A stretch of DNA of 64,000 nt from an uncultured Acidobacteriota bacterium (GTDB lineage Bacteria > Acidobacteriota > JAQAZP01): NCBI GenBank assembly GCA_963836075.1, contig CAWIIB010000009.1, forward strand, positions 2,688,001-2,752,000. The letters are read 5' to 3'. Position numbers and translations under genes: made by a program. The notes below the pieces were generated by a model. It did not search any database. It was not told the DNA's origin and saw only the letters and a list, made by a program, of their open reading frames with translations. Of this stretch, positions 9,593 to 21,185 are shown piece after piece; within the stretch, counting starts at the first letter, position 1; the number at the start of each line of letters is the position of its first letter.

Positions 9593-10558
9593 TCAGGTGG
9601 TCTGCTCCGGTTTCACCGAGTGCTTGCTGATCGACAGCAGTTCGGGGTCGATCCCTTCGAGGATCGCCAGGGTCCAGGAGCGGACGAAGATGTGGATCGG
9701 CGCGGTGATCGTCTGGTAGATCACCGGCAGCACCCCGATGCAGCAGGTGAAGCAGGCCACCGCCACCCCCAGCGCACCGGTGACGATATAGATCACCAGG
9801 CGGAAGAGCAGGTAGACCATCAGGTCGCCGATGTGGCGGCGCCACAGGGCGATAGATTTCTCCAGGGCGCCCAGCAGGTCGATGCGGTGGATCACCATCA
9901 CCGGGGTGACGAAGTCGCGGACCAGCAGGTCGGCCAGGCCGATCAGGATGGCCAGCGGGATGTAGAGCGCCACGAAGGGCAGCAGCGAGACCAGAGAGCC
10001 GGGGAAGGAGAACTCACCGGCGGCGGCCACCCGGATGATCCCCCAGGCCGGCAGGGCCAGCAGCAGGACAAAGCACCAGAAGAGGAGGATGAACACCGCC
10101 ACCCGCCAGAGAAAGAGGCTCCAGGCCGGCCGGGATGCGTTGCGCCAGGGCACGGCGACCTCGGCCTTGTTCTCCATGACGTTCTCCAGGAGCATGAAGT
10201 GACCCCGGGCGCCCAGATACTGGATGATCACGGCGATGAGATTGATCAGGATGAAGGCGGCGACGGCGATGAGCATGATCCATCCCACATGGTCCACCAC
10301 CCACTGGGCCGCCTGCTGCAGGTCCTGGGGGCCGTTTCCGTGCCGCTGGCGGCTCAGCTTGTCCTGGAGCCGGCTGCCGCCCCAGCCTCCGGAGTCGGCG
10401 CTGATCAACTGGGCCAGGAAGATGACAAAGCCCAGCACGAACCACTTGGCGATGTCGAACGGTTCGAAGAGCATCCGGCGGGTATGTTCCAGGGCCGGAG
10501 TGAACGCATCCACCGGCGACCTGTCGGCGCTGCCCTTTTTCAATGTCGTCTCGTTCAT
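9593..10558 (-). CDS. polytopic membrane protein of unknown function
   Basis: Several TM helices; A..HTRRMLFEPFD..KWFVLG start; CFTCCIG motif. The longer ORF call (to 11521) is antisense to epmA. Confidence 0.75.
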   Translation of the reverse strand: MNETTLKKGSADRSPVDAFTPALEHTRRMLFEPFDIAKWFVLGFVIFLAQLISADSGGWGGSRLQDKLSRQRHGNGPQDLQQAAQWVVDHVGWIMLIAVAAFILINLIAVIIQYLGARGHFMLLENVMENKAEVAVPWRNASRPAWSLFLWRVAVFILLFWCFVLLLALPAWGIIRVAAAGEFSFPGSLVSLLPFVALYIPLAILIGLADLLVRDFVTPVMVIHRIDLLGALEKSIALWRRHIGDLMVYLLFRLVIYIVTGALGVAVACFTCCIGVLPVIYQTITAPIHIFVRSWTLAILEGIDPELLSISKHSVKPEQTT

Positions 10559-10670
10559 TTTCCGCACCCCCTGCTGGATGAATAGACCGTCGTCGGCCGA
10601 GATACACTCCGCCGGTGGAATGTCGATTACACCCAATCTTACGTCGGTCCGCTCGGAAAAGTTTTGTCCG

Positions 10671-10699
10671 TTGACTTTTTTTGGCGGCAAGGCCACCAT
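10671..10699 (+). promoter_or_regulatory. putative sigma70 promoter of epmA
   Basis: TTGACT-N17-CACCAT upstream of GGGGAGGG RBS. Confidence 0.35.
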
Positions 10700-10726
10700 T
10701 CGTGGGACACTTGGGGAGGGCGCGGT

Positions 10727-11659
10727 ATGAGCAGTCAGGCCGAACAGAAGACGCTGGAACTGAGGGACCGGGTCATTCGCGGTATCCGGTCCTGTTTTCA
10801 CCGCCGCGGGTTTGTGGAGGTGGAGACGCCGAACCTGGTGCCCGCCCCGGGCCAGGAGGTCCACCTGGAGGCCCTGCCGGTGACCTGCCGCGGACCGGCC
10901 GGCCGGCCGCGGAAGCGCTGGCTGCACACCTCGCCGGAATATGCCATGAAACGCCTGCTCTCCCGGGGCATGGAGCGGATCTTCCAGATCTGCAAGGTCT
11001 GGCGTGACGGCGAGGGCGGGCCCCGGCACCAGGTGGAGTTCACCCTGCTGGAGTGGTACCGGGCCGGGGCGGACTACCACAGGCTGATGGATGACTGCGA
11101 GGGGCTGCTCCGCGAGACCGCCCGGCGGGCCGGGACCTTCCCCCGGTTGGGGCGCGCGGGAAACCATGTGCTGGTGGACGCTCCGTTCGAGCGGATCACC
11201 GTGGAAGAGGCTTTTCGCCGCCACGCCGGACTGGAGCTTCCCCCGGCAGAGGATGACGACCTCTTCTTCCGCACACTCCTCGACCGGGTGGAGCCGCGGC
11301 TGGGCCGCGGCCGGCCCACCTTCCTCACCGAGTACCCGGCCCGCATGGCCGCGCTGGCCAGGCTCAAGCCCGGCAACCCGTCGGTGGCCGAGCGGTTTGA
11401 ACTCTATGCCGGCGGACTGGAACTGGCCAACGCCTTCACCGAGCTGACCGACGCCGCGGAGCAGCGCCGCCGCTTTCTCGCCGAGCAGGAAGAACGGCGG
11501 AGCGCCGGCCGCGAGGTCCACCCGCTGGATGAAGACTTTCTCGCCGACCTGAAGCGTATGCCCCCTGCCGCCGGTATCGCCCTCGGTGTGGACCGCCTGG
11601 TGATGCTGGCTGCCGGCGCCGAGACCATCGGCCAGGTGGTGGCGTTTCCGGAAGGGTAG
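10727..11659 (+). CDS. epmA: EF-P lysine aminoacylase (GenX/PoxA)
   Basis: LysRS catalytic core with no anticodon domain: FVEVETP, LHTSPEYAMKRLL, HQVEFTLLEWYR, ERFELY..GLELANAF, GIALGVDRLVM. Confidence 0.93.
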   Translation: MSSQAEQKTLELRDRVIRGIRSCFHRRGFVEVETPNLVPAPGQEVHLEALPVTCRGPAGRPRKRWLHTSPEYAMKRLLSRGMERIFQICKVWRDGEGGPRHQVEFTLLEWYRAGADYHRLMDDCEGLLRETARRAGTFPRLGRAGNHVLVDAPFERITVEEAFRRHAGLELPPAEDDDLFFRTLLDRVEPRLGRGRPTFLTEYPARMAALARLKPGNPSVAERFELYAGGLELANAFTELTDAAEQRRRFLAEQEERRSAGREVHPLDEDFLADLKRMPPAAGIALGVDRLVMLAAGAETIGQVVAFPEG

Positions 11660-11669
11660 CGCTCCCCGG

Positions 11670-12575
11670 TCAGGGCGCCAGGATCTTCACCGCATCCGGC
11701 TCCACGCGGATCTCATCCGAGTCGGGTTTCAGCGCATCGCCGTCGACCTGGAAACAGTCCACTGCATCGGTGGAAAACCGGAGTTTGTTTGTCCGGCCGC
11801 TCCAGACCCATTTCTTCCGGAGATGTGTCCCGGTGAGAATGGCCCACAAGATCCTGAGAGGGCCCAGGGGGCCGGGACTGCGGAACAGAACCACGTCCAG
11901 CAGACCGTCGTGCATATCCGCCCCACGAGCCAGGATCTGATCGCCGGCATAGCGGGCGGCATTGGCGAAGAGCGCGAAATGGGCCGTTCGGGGACCGGAG
12001 CCGTCACCCGTATCCACCGTTATGGGCCGGCTCCGATACCGGGGCATCTTGAACAGTGCGGTCAATGCGTAGGAATATCGCCCGAACCACCGTTTCAGAG
12101 CGAGGGGGTTTTGCCGCACCACCCAGGCATCGTAACCATAGCTGACCATCAGCAGGAACGGATGGCTGCCGAACCAGCCCAGGTCGAAGGAGCGAGCCGG
12201 GGTGTTCAGAATGGCCCGGGCCGCTTCCCGGGGATCGAGGGGGATGCCCACCTCCCGGGCAAAGACATTGACCGTGCCCAGGGGAATGATGCCCAGCGGC
12301 GTGGAGGATTGAACCAGGGCTCCCAGCGCCTCGTTGATGCTGCCGTCACCGCCGGCCACGATCACGGCATCGAACCCCTCCCGGCATTCCCGGGCCAGCC
12401 GGGCGGGATCCCCCGGGGCTGCCGATCTGCTGACCTCCAGATCCACCCCTCCCTCACGCAGGATCTTCTCCACCTCCGGCAGGTGCTGTCTGATCCAACC
12501 TGGCCGTGAGGTGGGGTTGACGACCAGCCGGGCTTTCCTGATCTTCATCGCGGGGCTCTCCTGGGGGATCTTCAT
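11670..12575 (-). CDS. diacylglycerol/lipid kinase family protein (YegS/DAGK-like)
   Basis: VVNP, AGGDGSINE, IPLGTVNVFA, DGLLDV, FQVDGD; start may be the second Met. Confidence 0.9.
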   Translation of the reverse strand: MKIPQESPAMKIRKARLVVNPTSRPGWIRQHLPEVEKILREGGVDLEVSRSAAPGDPARLARECREGFDAVIVAGGDGSINEALGALVQSSTPLGIIPLGTVNVFAREVGIPLDPREAARAILNTPARSFDLGWFGSHPFLLMVSYGYDAWVVRQNPLALKRWFGRYSYALTALFKMPRYRSRPITVDTGDGSGPRTAHFALFANAARYAGDQILARGADMHDGLLDVVLFRSPGPLGPLRILWAILTGTHLRKKWVWSGRTNKLRFSTDAVDCFQVDGDALKPDSDEIRVEPDAVKILAP

Positions 12576-12679
12576 CGCAAACCCTGTTCGCCTGAGCGTA
12601 TATCAGCAGGGTGCTCCGGCACAATAAAGGGCCGGCCGGACTCCTACTGGACTCGTCCTGCTCTGCCGATATAATGGCC

Positions 12680-12825
12680 TGAAGCGGTTTCATAACCTCG
12701 GCTGAGGCCCGATAACGGCGTTGCCGGTTTCCTCGAAATGCTCACATACCACAAGAGTATGCTGCGCTTTCTCGTCAACCGTCGCCTGGTTCTCGAACCT
12801 CAGCCGAGGTTATGAAACCACTTCA
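12680..12825. mobile_element. MITE/REP-like palindromic element (146 bp)
   Basis: 28-bp terminal inverted repeats TGAAGCGGTTTCATAACCTCGGCTGAGG (12680-12707) and CCTCAGCCGAGGTTATGAAACCACTTCA (12798-12825), 1 mismatch; structured interior; intergenic. Confidence 0.7.
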
Positions 12826-12886
12826 AGGTCTTTTCGTCTCTCAACAGCCGGCGCAGCTGTACGGCTTTCTTATCGAGGTATGGCAG

Positions 12887-14678
<1,792 letters not shown>

Positions 14679-14681
14679 CGG

Positions 14682-14700
14682 GCGCCCCGCGGCGGGGCGC
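14682..14700 (+). terminator. GC hairpin right after the expected glmS stop
   Basis: GCGCCCCG-CGG-CGGGGCGC; weak U-tail. Confidence 0.4.
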
Positions 14701-14801
14701 GGTTGCTCCGGCGGTTTCATGGACATATATATTATATGGATATGGACCATCGAGTGGCCGGGCCGGCAGGTTCGGGCCCCTGGATGCCGAAGGAGATGCT
14801 C

Positions 14802-17346
14802 ATGACCGACGTCGGCCGTCCGAAGCGTGAACGGGTCCCAAAGCTGTTCGCCGGCGCAGCGCTGGCCGCGATCTTCCTCGTCTGGGCGGCTCCGGCCCGG
14901 GCCCAGCTGTTCGGCGCCAGGATGGATTTCGCCACTGCCGGCGGTGCAAACGCCATGGCGGTGGGCGACTTCGACGAGGACGGCGGGCCGGACCTGGCTG
15001 TGGCCGACACCAGCGGTGTCTCGGTGATGCTTGGCGCCTGGTACGGCACGTTTCACGCACCGGTCCACTACGGGACGGGTGAATCGCCCCGGGACGTGGT
15101 TACCGCCGATTTTAATGGTGACGGCCATGCCGACCTGGCCGTGGTCAACAGAATGAGCGCCACGGTCTCGGTCCTGCTGGGCGTCGGCGACGGCACCTTC
15201 CAACCCCCGGAGGACGTCGACGTCGCCATCACACCCACCGCGATCCATGCCGCTGATTTGGACGGTGACGGGGATGTGGACCTGGCCCTGGTCTGCAACA
15301 TCTTCGACGATGATCTCGCGATCCTGCTGGGCAACGGTGACGGCAGTTTCCAGGTGGCTCATACCTATGACGCCTGGGACTATGCCCGCTCGGTGACCGG
15401 TGGTGATTTCGACGGTGACGGGGATGTGGACCTGGTTGTGGCCAACGAATTCCAGAGTGAGATCAGGGTCTTCCGCGGCAACGGTGACGGCAGCTTTGGC
15501 TGGGGTGGCACCTACACTGTGGGCGTCAATCCCTGTGCCGTGGATGTGGCCGACCTGGATGGTGACGGGATTCTCGACCTGGCCGTGGTCAACGACGGCA
15601 GCAACTCGGTATCGATCCTTCTCGGTGACGGCGACGGTACGTTTCAGGCGGGTCGCAGCACTTTACCGGGCCTTTCGGGGGGCCCCGTGACGTGGTGGCC
15701 GTCGACCTGGACGGCGACGGTGACCGGGACCTGGCGGTGGCCAATGAGTATGGCGGCAGCCTGGCCGTCCTGCCGGGCAATGGAGATGGCAGTTTCGGGG
15801 CGGCCGTGCAATACGGCATCGGTGAGTACGCCGACCCCCGTGCGGTGGCGGTGGTCGACCTGGACGGTAATGATCGCCTGGACCTGGTGGGGATCAACCG
15901 AGGCTGGGGAAGCGTGTCGGTCTTCATGGGCCGGGGGGACGGTAGTTTCCGCATCCCGCCGGTTTATGGAACCGGCGACCGTCCCTGGTGCTCGAGCAGT
16001 GGCGATCTGAACGGCGACGGGCACGACGACCTGGTGATGGCCAACTGGGATTCCGACGACGTGTCTGTGCTGCTGGGCTATGGCGGCGGGATCTTCGCCC
16101 CGGCCGTCTCCTATGCTGTCGGATCACGCGCCTGGTCGGTGGCTGTCGGTGAGTTGAACGGTGACGGTGCGGCTGACCTGACGGTTACCTGCGACGTGGG
16201 CGGGTATGTGGCGGTGCTGCTGGGGAACGGTGACGGCACGTTTCAGGCAGCTCTGGACCAGGCGGCGGGCGGCGGCACCTGCGGTGTGATCATCGCCGAC
16301 ATCGATGGCGACGGCTTCACGGACCTGGCCGCTTCGAACTACATCGACGGCACGGTTTCCATCCACATCGGTTTGGGTGACGGCACCTTCCAGCCGGCGG
16401 CGCACTATACCGCCGGCGACCGTCCCTACGACCTGGTCCTGGCCGACCTGAATGGCGACGGGTTCGGCGACCTGGCCACACCGAACGATGACGGGCATGA
16501 CGTGACGGTGCTGCGGGGCAACGGGGACGGGACATTCCAGGCGCCGCAGCATTTCGCCGTGGGGTATCGACCCTGGTCCATTGTCGCGGCCGATTTCGAC
16601 GGTGACGGTGCCATCGACCTGGCCACGGCCGACTCTTCCAGCGATACCGTCTCGGTGCTGCTGGGCAACGGTGATGGCACGTTCCAGGCTCCGGCGGCCG
16701 CCCCGTGGGCGTGCTGCCCAGGGGAATGGTCACCGGTGATTTCGATGCCGACGGCCACCCCGATCTGGCGGTGGTGAACTATGGCAGCGAAACGGTATCC
16801 GTCCTCCTGGGACGCGGTGACGGTACCTTCCAGGACACTATATTTTTCGGGGTCGGCAAGGACCCGGCGGGTGTGACCGTGGGCGACCTGGACGGGTTCG
16901 GTTCGCCGGACCTTGCGGTGACCGGCAGCGGGGACAACTCGGTGACCGTGCTGCTCAACCGCAAGGGCCCCCTGGTGAACACGTGCTCAGCCGGGCTCGG
17001 CTGCCTGCCGGCGGCGGGTACGCTCCCCTTCGAAACCCGGATGACGGCGACGCTGATCAATCATTACGCGGGCTGCAGCCGTCGCATCGCCGCCCGGATC
17101 GATATCCTGCTGGCCGGAGGCCAGCCGGTCTCCAGGTGGCGGGCCGGGTTTGCCAACGTGATGCCGGACAGCAGCCTCCAGGCCGGCTGGGCCACCACCC
17201 TGCCGGCGCTGGGGACGCTGGCGGGGGAGAACCGCTTCACCATCGTGGCCGAGGATGTCACGCCATATCCCTACAACGCCCCGCCATACCCCCGGGCCGG
17301 GGATACCGGCACGGGTCACTGCACGGTGACGGGCGTCGCCCCCTGA
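14802..17346 (+). CDS. large exported FG-GAP/VCBS-repeat protein with a conserved C-terminal domain (two apparent frameshifts, near 15650 and 16700)
   Basis: Signal peptide ...AALAAIFLVWAAPARA; many DxDGDGxxDLAV..N....VSVLLGxGDGTFQ repeats continuing across ORFs 14703..16010, 15692..16777 and 16705..17346; AAGGAG RBS. Confidence 0.85.
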
Positions 17347-17544
17347 CCACATGGCCGGAGTCCCGGCTCAAGATTCCGGTTGAACTCCGGGCGGCGTTCC
17401 CGCGCTGCACCTCCCATCCCTGCCTGGGGACATGGTGAAGTTGACTCCCGCTGCAGGAATCGCTGACCTTAAAAATCCATCAATCTATGGTTAAGCGGTT
17501 TGGTGCTTGCCTTGGACGGAGGATCGTTGCCGGGCCACAGGGGC

Positions 17545-17577
17545 AAACCGCGGCTCCGGTTGTGAACGGAGCCGCGG
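17545..17577 (-). terminator. hairpin between convergent genes
   Basis: CCGCGGCTCCG-N8-CGGAGCCGCGG perfect 11-bp stem followed by UUU on the minus strand. Confidence 0.55.
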
Positions 17578-17601
17578 CGTGGTGATCGGAGAATTGCCGC
17601 T

Positions 17602-18705
17602 TCAGGGGGCCATCGCCGTTATGGTGCAGGCATCCACTGCCAGGTCACCGGAAAGAGCGTACGGCGGCTGGTTGTAGGGCGCTGGGGTGACATCCGCGCC
17701 GTGCAGGGTGAAGATGTTGTCACCCACCAGGGTGCCCAGGGCCGGGAGGGACTGCACCCAGTTGGTGGCGAAACTCGAGCCGCCGGCCACGTTGGTGTAG
17801 CCGGCGCGCCAGCTGGAGAACTGGGTCCCCGCGGCCAGCTGCACGTCGATCCGTGCTGCCATGGTGCGGGTGAACGGTGTGTGGTTCACCAGCATGGCCT
17901 GCTGGCCCACGCTGAAGGGCAGCGTGCCGGACTCCGGTGAACAGTCGAAACTCACCGTCAGCGTGTCGCCGATCCACCCGGCCTCGTCCATGGCGGCCTG
18001 CAGCACGTCCTTGTCGCCGACGTTGCTCTGCACGAACACCACCACGTTCAGGTCGCCGGCCGACCAGCCGGAGTCGACGGTATACGAGCGGGTGAAGCTC
18101 ATGCTCTGACCCGGTCCGGTGAGCGTGAACGGCTCGTCGGCGAGCACGGCCCGGGCCATCCCCGGCTCACCCTCGTAGACGTTGTCTTCGGTGATCACCG
18201 TGTGCACGACGTTGCTGGTGGTGAAGATGAACCCCGTGGAATCGATCTGCACCTCGACCATCAGGTCCAGTCCGTCCAGCGTGGAGACCACAGTGATCTC
18301 CAGCGGGCTGGATACGGCCAGGTGGCTGGAGACGATGGGATCGTAGGTGGAGAACATGGAGCTGCCGGAAGAGCCGAGCACGTCCTCCCAACCCTCGAAG
18401 AAGGCGTGGGGCTGGCCCGGGGAGCCATACCAGCTGTGCCTGGCATCCCCCTCGGGAATCTCGAATTCGTCGTTGTAGTGCCAGAAAAGCGGAATCAGCT
18501 CGGTATTGTCATACACGCCGACCAGACCGTCGAAACCCGCGACCGCGGATGGGCAGTTCGGTCACCAGGTGGCGGTGAACAGCTCACCGAGTACCGTGCG
18601 GTCGGCCGCGGTGGCGGCGCCGGCGGTGAGGATCAGACAGTAGAGCAGGGCCGCGGCCCGGAGGGCCGTGACACGGATGGGGTGAGCGCGAAAGGTGGTA
18701 TTCAC
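17602..18705 (-). CDS. exported Omp28-like thioredoxin-fold selenoprotein (UxxC; Sec at TGA 18562-18564) with shared C-terminal domain
   Basis: GTG start after AGGGAG; signal peptide; RTVLGELFTATW-TGA-PNCP in frame with the downstream 304-aa ORF (WYGSPGQPHAFFEG, VITED, LNVVVFVQ..VLQA); SECIS-like hairpin. Confidence 0.85.
18531..18560 (-). promoter_or_regulatory. bacterial SECIS-like element
   Basis: After UGA: AUCCGC-GGUC-GCGGGU (+12..+27), with possible lower stem CGAA/UUCG. Confidence 0.8.
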
Positions 18706-18896
18706 TGGTCTTGTCTCCCTGAGATTGTCCTTTGTTCTTTCGGTTGCAGTCGTGGCACAGACTGATTTCATTCGATTGCCTACTATTCTTATAGACTAAT
18801 TGGGCTATTCAGGCAAGTTTTTTTAAAAAATAATCAATTCCGTTGAGGCAGGGAGGGAGCGTATTTTCAAAAGTCTCGAGCCAGGATCGTGGCGGC

Positions 18897-21185
18897 TTAG
18901 AAGGACCCGGCGGCCACGGCCGTACCGTGACGCCAAGTCTCGGGGAACGCCTGGAGGGTGAAAATCAGGCTGATATCGCCGTCAGCGTAGGTGTACGCCG
19001 CCACCCGGCAGTCGATACAGGGATCGGACCCGCCGCCCGCCAACAGATCGTCCCGCCCGTCGCCGTCCAGGTCGGAGCCGGCATGGATCCGGGCCCCGAA
19101 CCGCGCCTCCTCCAGCGGCCAGGCAAAGAAGGTCAGCCCCGGCAGTGGTGTCACGGCCCCGCCATCCACGTTCCAGCCGCGGATGTGGGCGCCGAAAATA
19201 GGCCCCGGCCCTGGTGCAGTGGCGATCTCGTCGATTCCATCCCCGTCGAGGTCGCCGCAGGCGACATTGACCCCGTATCTCAGGGTGCCGTAGGCAAAGA
19301 AACTGACTGCGGGAAGCGCAGTTGCCGTTCCGCCGTCCACGTTCCAGCCGCGGACGTGGGGGCCAAACACATCCCCCGGCCCGGCGCCGGTGACGATCTC
19401 GTCCACGCCATCGCCGTCAATATCGCCGCAGGCCACGTTGACCCCCCATCTGAGCGTACCGTAGGCGAAGTAGTTGACCCCGGCAAGCGGGCTCACCGTG
19501 CCGTCACCGCAGCTGAAACCCCGGACGTGGGGGCCGAATACGGGCCCCGGCCCGGAGCCGGTGACGATCTCGTCGGTCCCGTCCCCGTTCAGGTCGCCGG
19601 CGGCGACATTGACCCCCCAGCGGGGTGTGCCGTAGGCCTGGAAGCTCAGACCGGGCAGTGGGATCCCCTGGTGAGTGAAGACCCGCACGTACGGGCCGTA
19701 GATCGCCCCTGGCCCGGCCCCGGTGATGATCTTGTCCGTCCCGTTTCCATCAATGTCGCCACAGGCGAGGTTGACGCCATAGCGGTCGCCGCCATAGGCC
19801 GCGAACTCGACCGCGTGGACGGCATCCTGCTCCGCCGGGAAGCCCCGGACCAGCGGCGGATGAATGCCATCTCTCGCCGGTCCGGGCCCGGCCACCAGTT
19901 CCACCACCCGGTGGTGCCAGCCGAGGTCGGCCACGTCCCGGTCGGCCAGGCCGTCGGTCCTGGTGGTGCCGCGAGGTGAAACTCCCGCCGGATCGCCGGC
20001 ATCGAGGCAGGGGCTGTTCGTTGTCTGTCCGGCCGCTGTCTGGGAGAGGCAGTACCCGCCAGGGGGGCCTTCGGCGAAGAGCGGGTCGGCATCGATGTTC
20101 CCGGTTCCCGGCCAGCCGTCCTGCACGTCGGACCAACTGACCGAAGGGCTGACACCGGCGGCCACTTGGATTCCGTGCATCCCATGGCTGGCATGGTTGG
20201 CCCAGATGATGCTGCGGGTAACCGACAGGCTGTCACCGTCTTCGGCAAAGATCCCGGCTCCATCCCAGGCCTCGTTGACGGCCAAAGTGCAGCCATCAAC
20301 CACGGTTGCGGTTTCATCCCCGTGGTAGAGACCCGCGCCCTCCACCGCCGAGTTGCCGAAGATCAGGTTGTTCTCCAGGGTCAGCAGGCCCGACCCGCGA
20401 TGGCAGACTCCGCCACCCCAGCCATCGGAGTAGTTTTCGCTGATCACGCAACCGGTGACCGTCGGCGAAGCCTCGGAGAGGACATAGATCCCCCCGGCGT
20501 CGCCATACATCGAGCCGTTGCCATGGATCAGGCTGTCCCTGATCAGCGGGGCAGCGTCCGTCACATGGATCCCGCCACCGCCGCCGTAGGCGGTGATGTT
20601 CCACTGGATCGTGCAGTCGCTGAATTCCGGGGAGCCCACCCTCCCGCAGTAGACGCCGGCGCCGTAAACGGCGCTGCAGCCGTGGATCTTCAAGTTGCGC
20701 AGCCGTGCTGTCGTTGGTCCGGCCACATAGATGCCGCCCCCGGTTTCGGCGTGGCAGTTGTCGATGTCGCAGTTGCGGATGGTGGGGGAGGCGTCGCGGA
20801 TGTAGAAGCCGCCGCCCATCAGATGGTGATACCCGTTGCGGATGGTGAAGCCGTCCACCACCGTAACCGGCCCCTCACCGGTTTGGAAGCGGAACCCGTG
20901 GGCCTGCAACTCGGCATCGATGATACAGGCTTCCCGCCCGCCCTCGGAGACCAGGCGCACCTCCTTGCCGTGGAAATCGAGACGCCGGTTACCAGGGCCG
21001 CTGTAGGTGCCGTCGGCCACCAGCACCGTGTCGCCGTCCACGGCGGCGTCGAGGCCCTCCTGGATGGTGGTGTATTCGCCCGGGACACGGAGGATGGCGG
21101 CCGCTGACGGGAGATGGAAGGCTGCAAGACAGAACAGTATTCCGACCGCGAAGCCGGTGGACTGAAAATTGCTCGGCCGGATCAT
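18897..21185 (-). CDS. exported right-handed beta-helix (pectin-lyase-like) protein with C-terminal FG-GAP-like repeats
   Basis: Signal peptide; VPGEYTTIQEGLDAAVDGDTVLVADGTY; N.A..GGGI repeats; GNIDADPLF; repeats AYGT.RWGVNVA.GD.DGDG.DEIVTG.GPG. Confidence 0.88.
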   Translation of the reverse strand: MIRPSNFQSTGFAVGILFCLAAFHLPSAAAILRVPGEYTTIQEGLDAAVDGDTVLVADGTYSGPGNRRLDFHGKEVRLVSEGGREACIIDAELQAHGFRFQTGEGPVTVVDGFTIRNGYHHLMGGGFYIRDASPTIRNCDIDNCHAETGGGIYVAGPTTARLRNLKIHGCSAVYGAGVYCGRVGSPEFSDCTIQWNITAYGGGGGIHVTDAAPLIRDSLIHGNGSMYGDAGGIYVLSEASPTVTGCVISENYSDGWGGGVCHRGSGLLTLENNLIFGNSAVEGAGLYHGDETATVVDGCTLAVNEAWDGAGIFAEDGDSLSVTRSIIWANHASHGMHGIQVAAGVSPSVSWSDVQDGWPGTGNIDADPLFAEGPPGGYCLSQTAAGQTTNSPCLDAGDPAGVSPRGTTRTDGLADRDVADLGWHHRVVELVAGPGPARDGIHPPLVRGFPAEQDAVHAVEFAAYGGDRYGVNLACGDIDGNGTDKIITGAGPGAIYGPYVRVFTHQGIPLPGLSFQAYGTPRWGVNVAAGDLNGDGTDEIVTGSGPGPVFGPHVRGFSCGDGTVSPLAGVNYFAYGTLRWGVNVACGDIDGDGVDEIVTGAGPGDVFGPHVRGWNVDGGTATALPAVSFFAYGTLRYGVNVACGDLDGDGIDEIATAPGPGPIFGAHIRGWNVDGGAVTPLPGLTFFAWPLEEARFGARIHAGSDLDGDGRDDLLAGGGSDPCIDCRVAAYTYADGDISLIFTLQAFPETWRHGTAVAAGSF

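Noticed and set aside
12576-12886. glmS ribozyme upstream of glmS
   Set aside because: No recognisable ribozyme core; the structure present is the inverted-repeat element
17536-17580. c-di-GMP-I riboswitch (GGCAAACC-like start)
   Set aside because: Lacks the GAAA tetraloop and second stem; lies between convergent 3' ends and is better explained as a terminator hairpin
14900-19800. Repeated DNA words (GACGGTGACGG etc.) as a possible CRISPR or tandem array
   Set aside because: They are degenerate codons of FG-GAP protein repeats; no identical repeat-spacer structure and no cas genes
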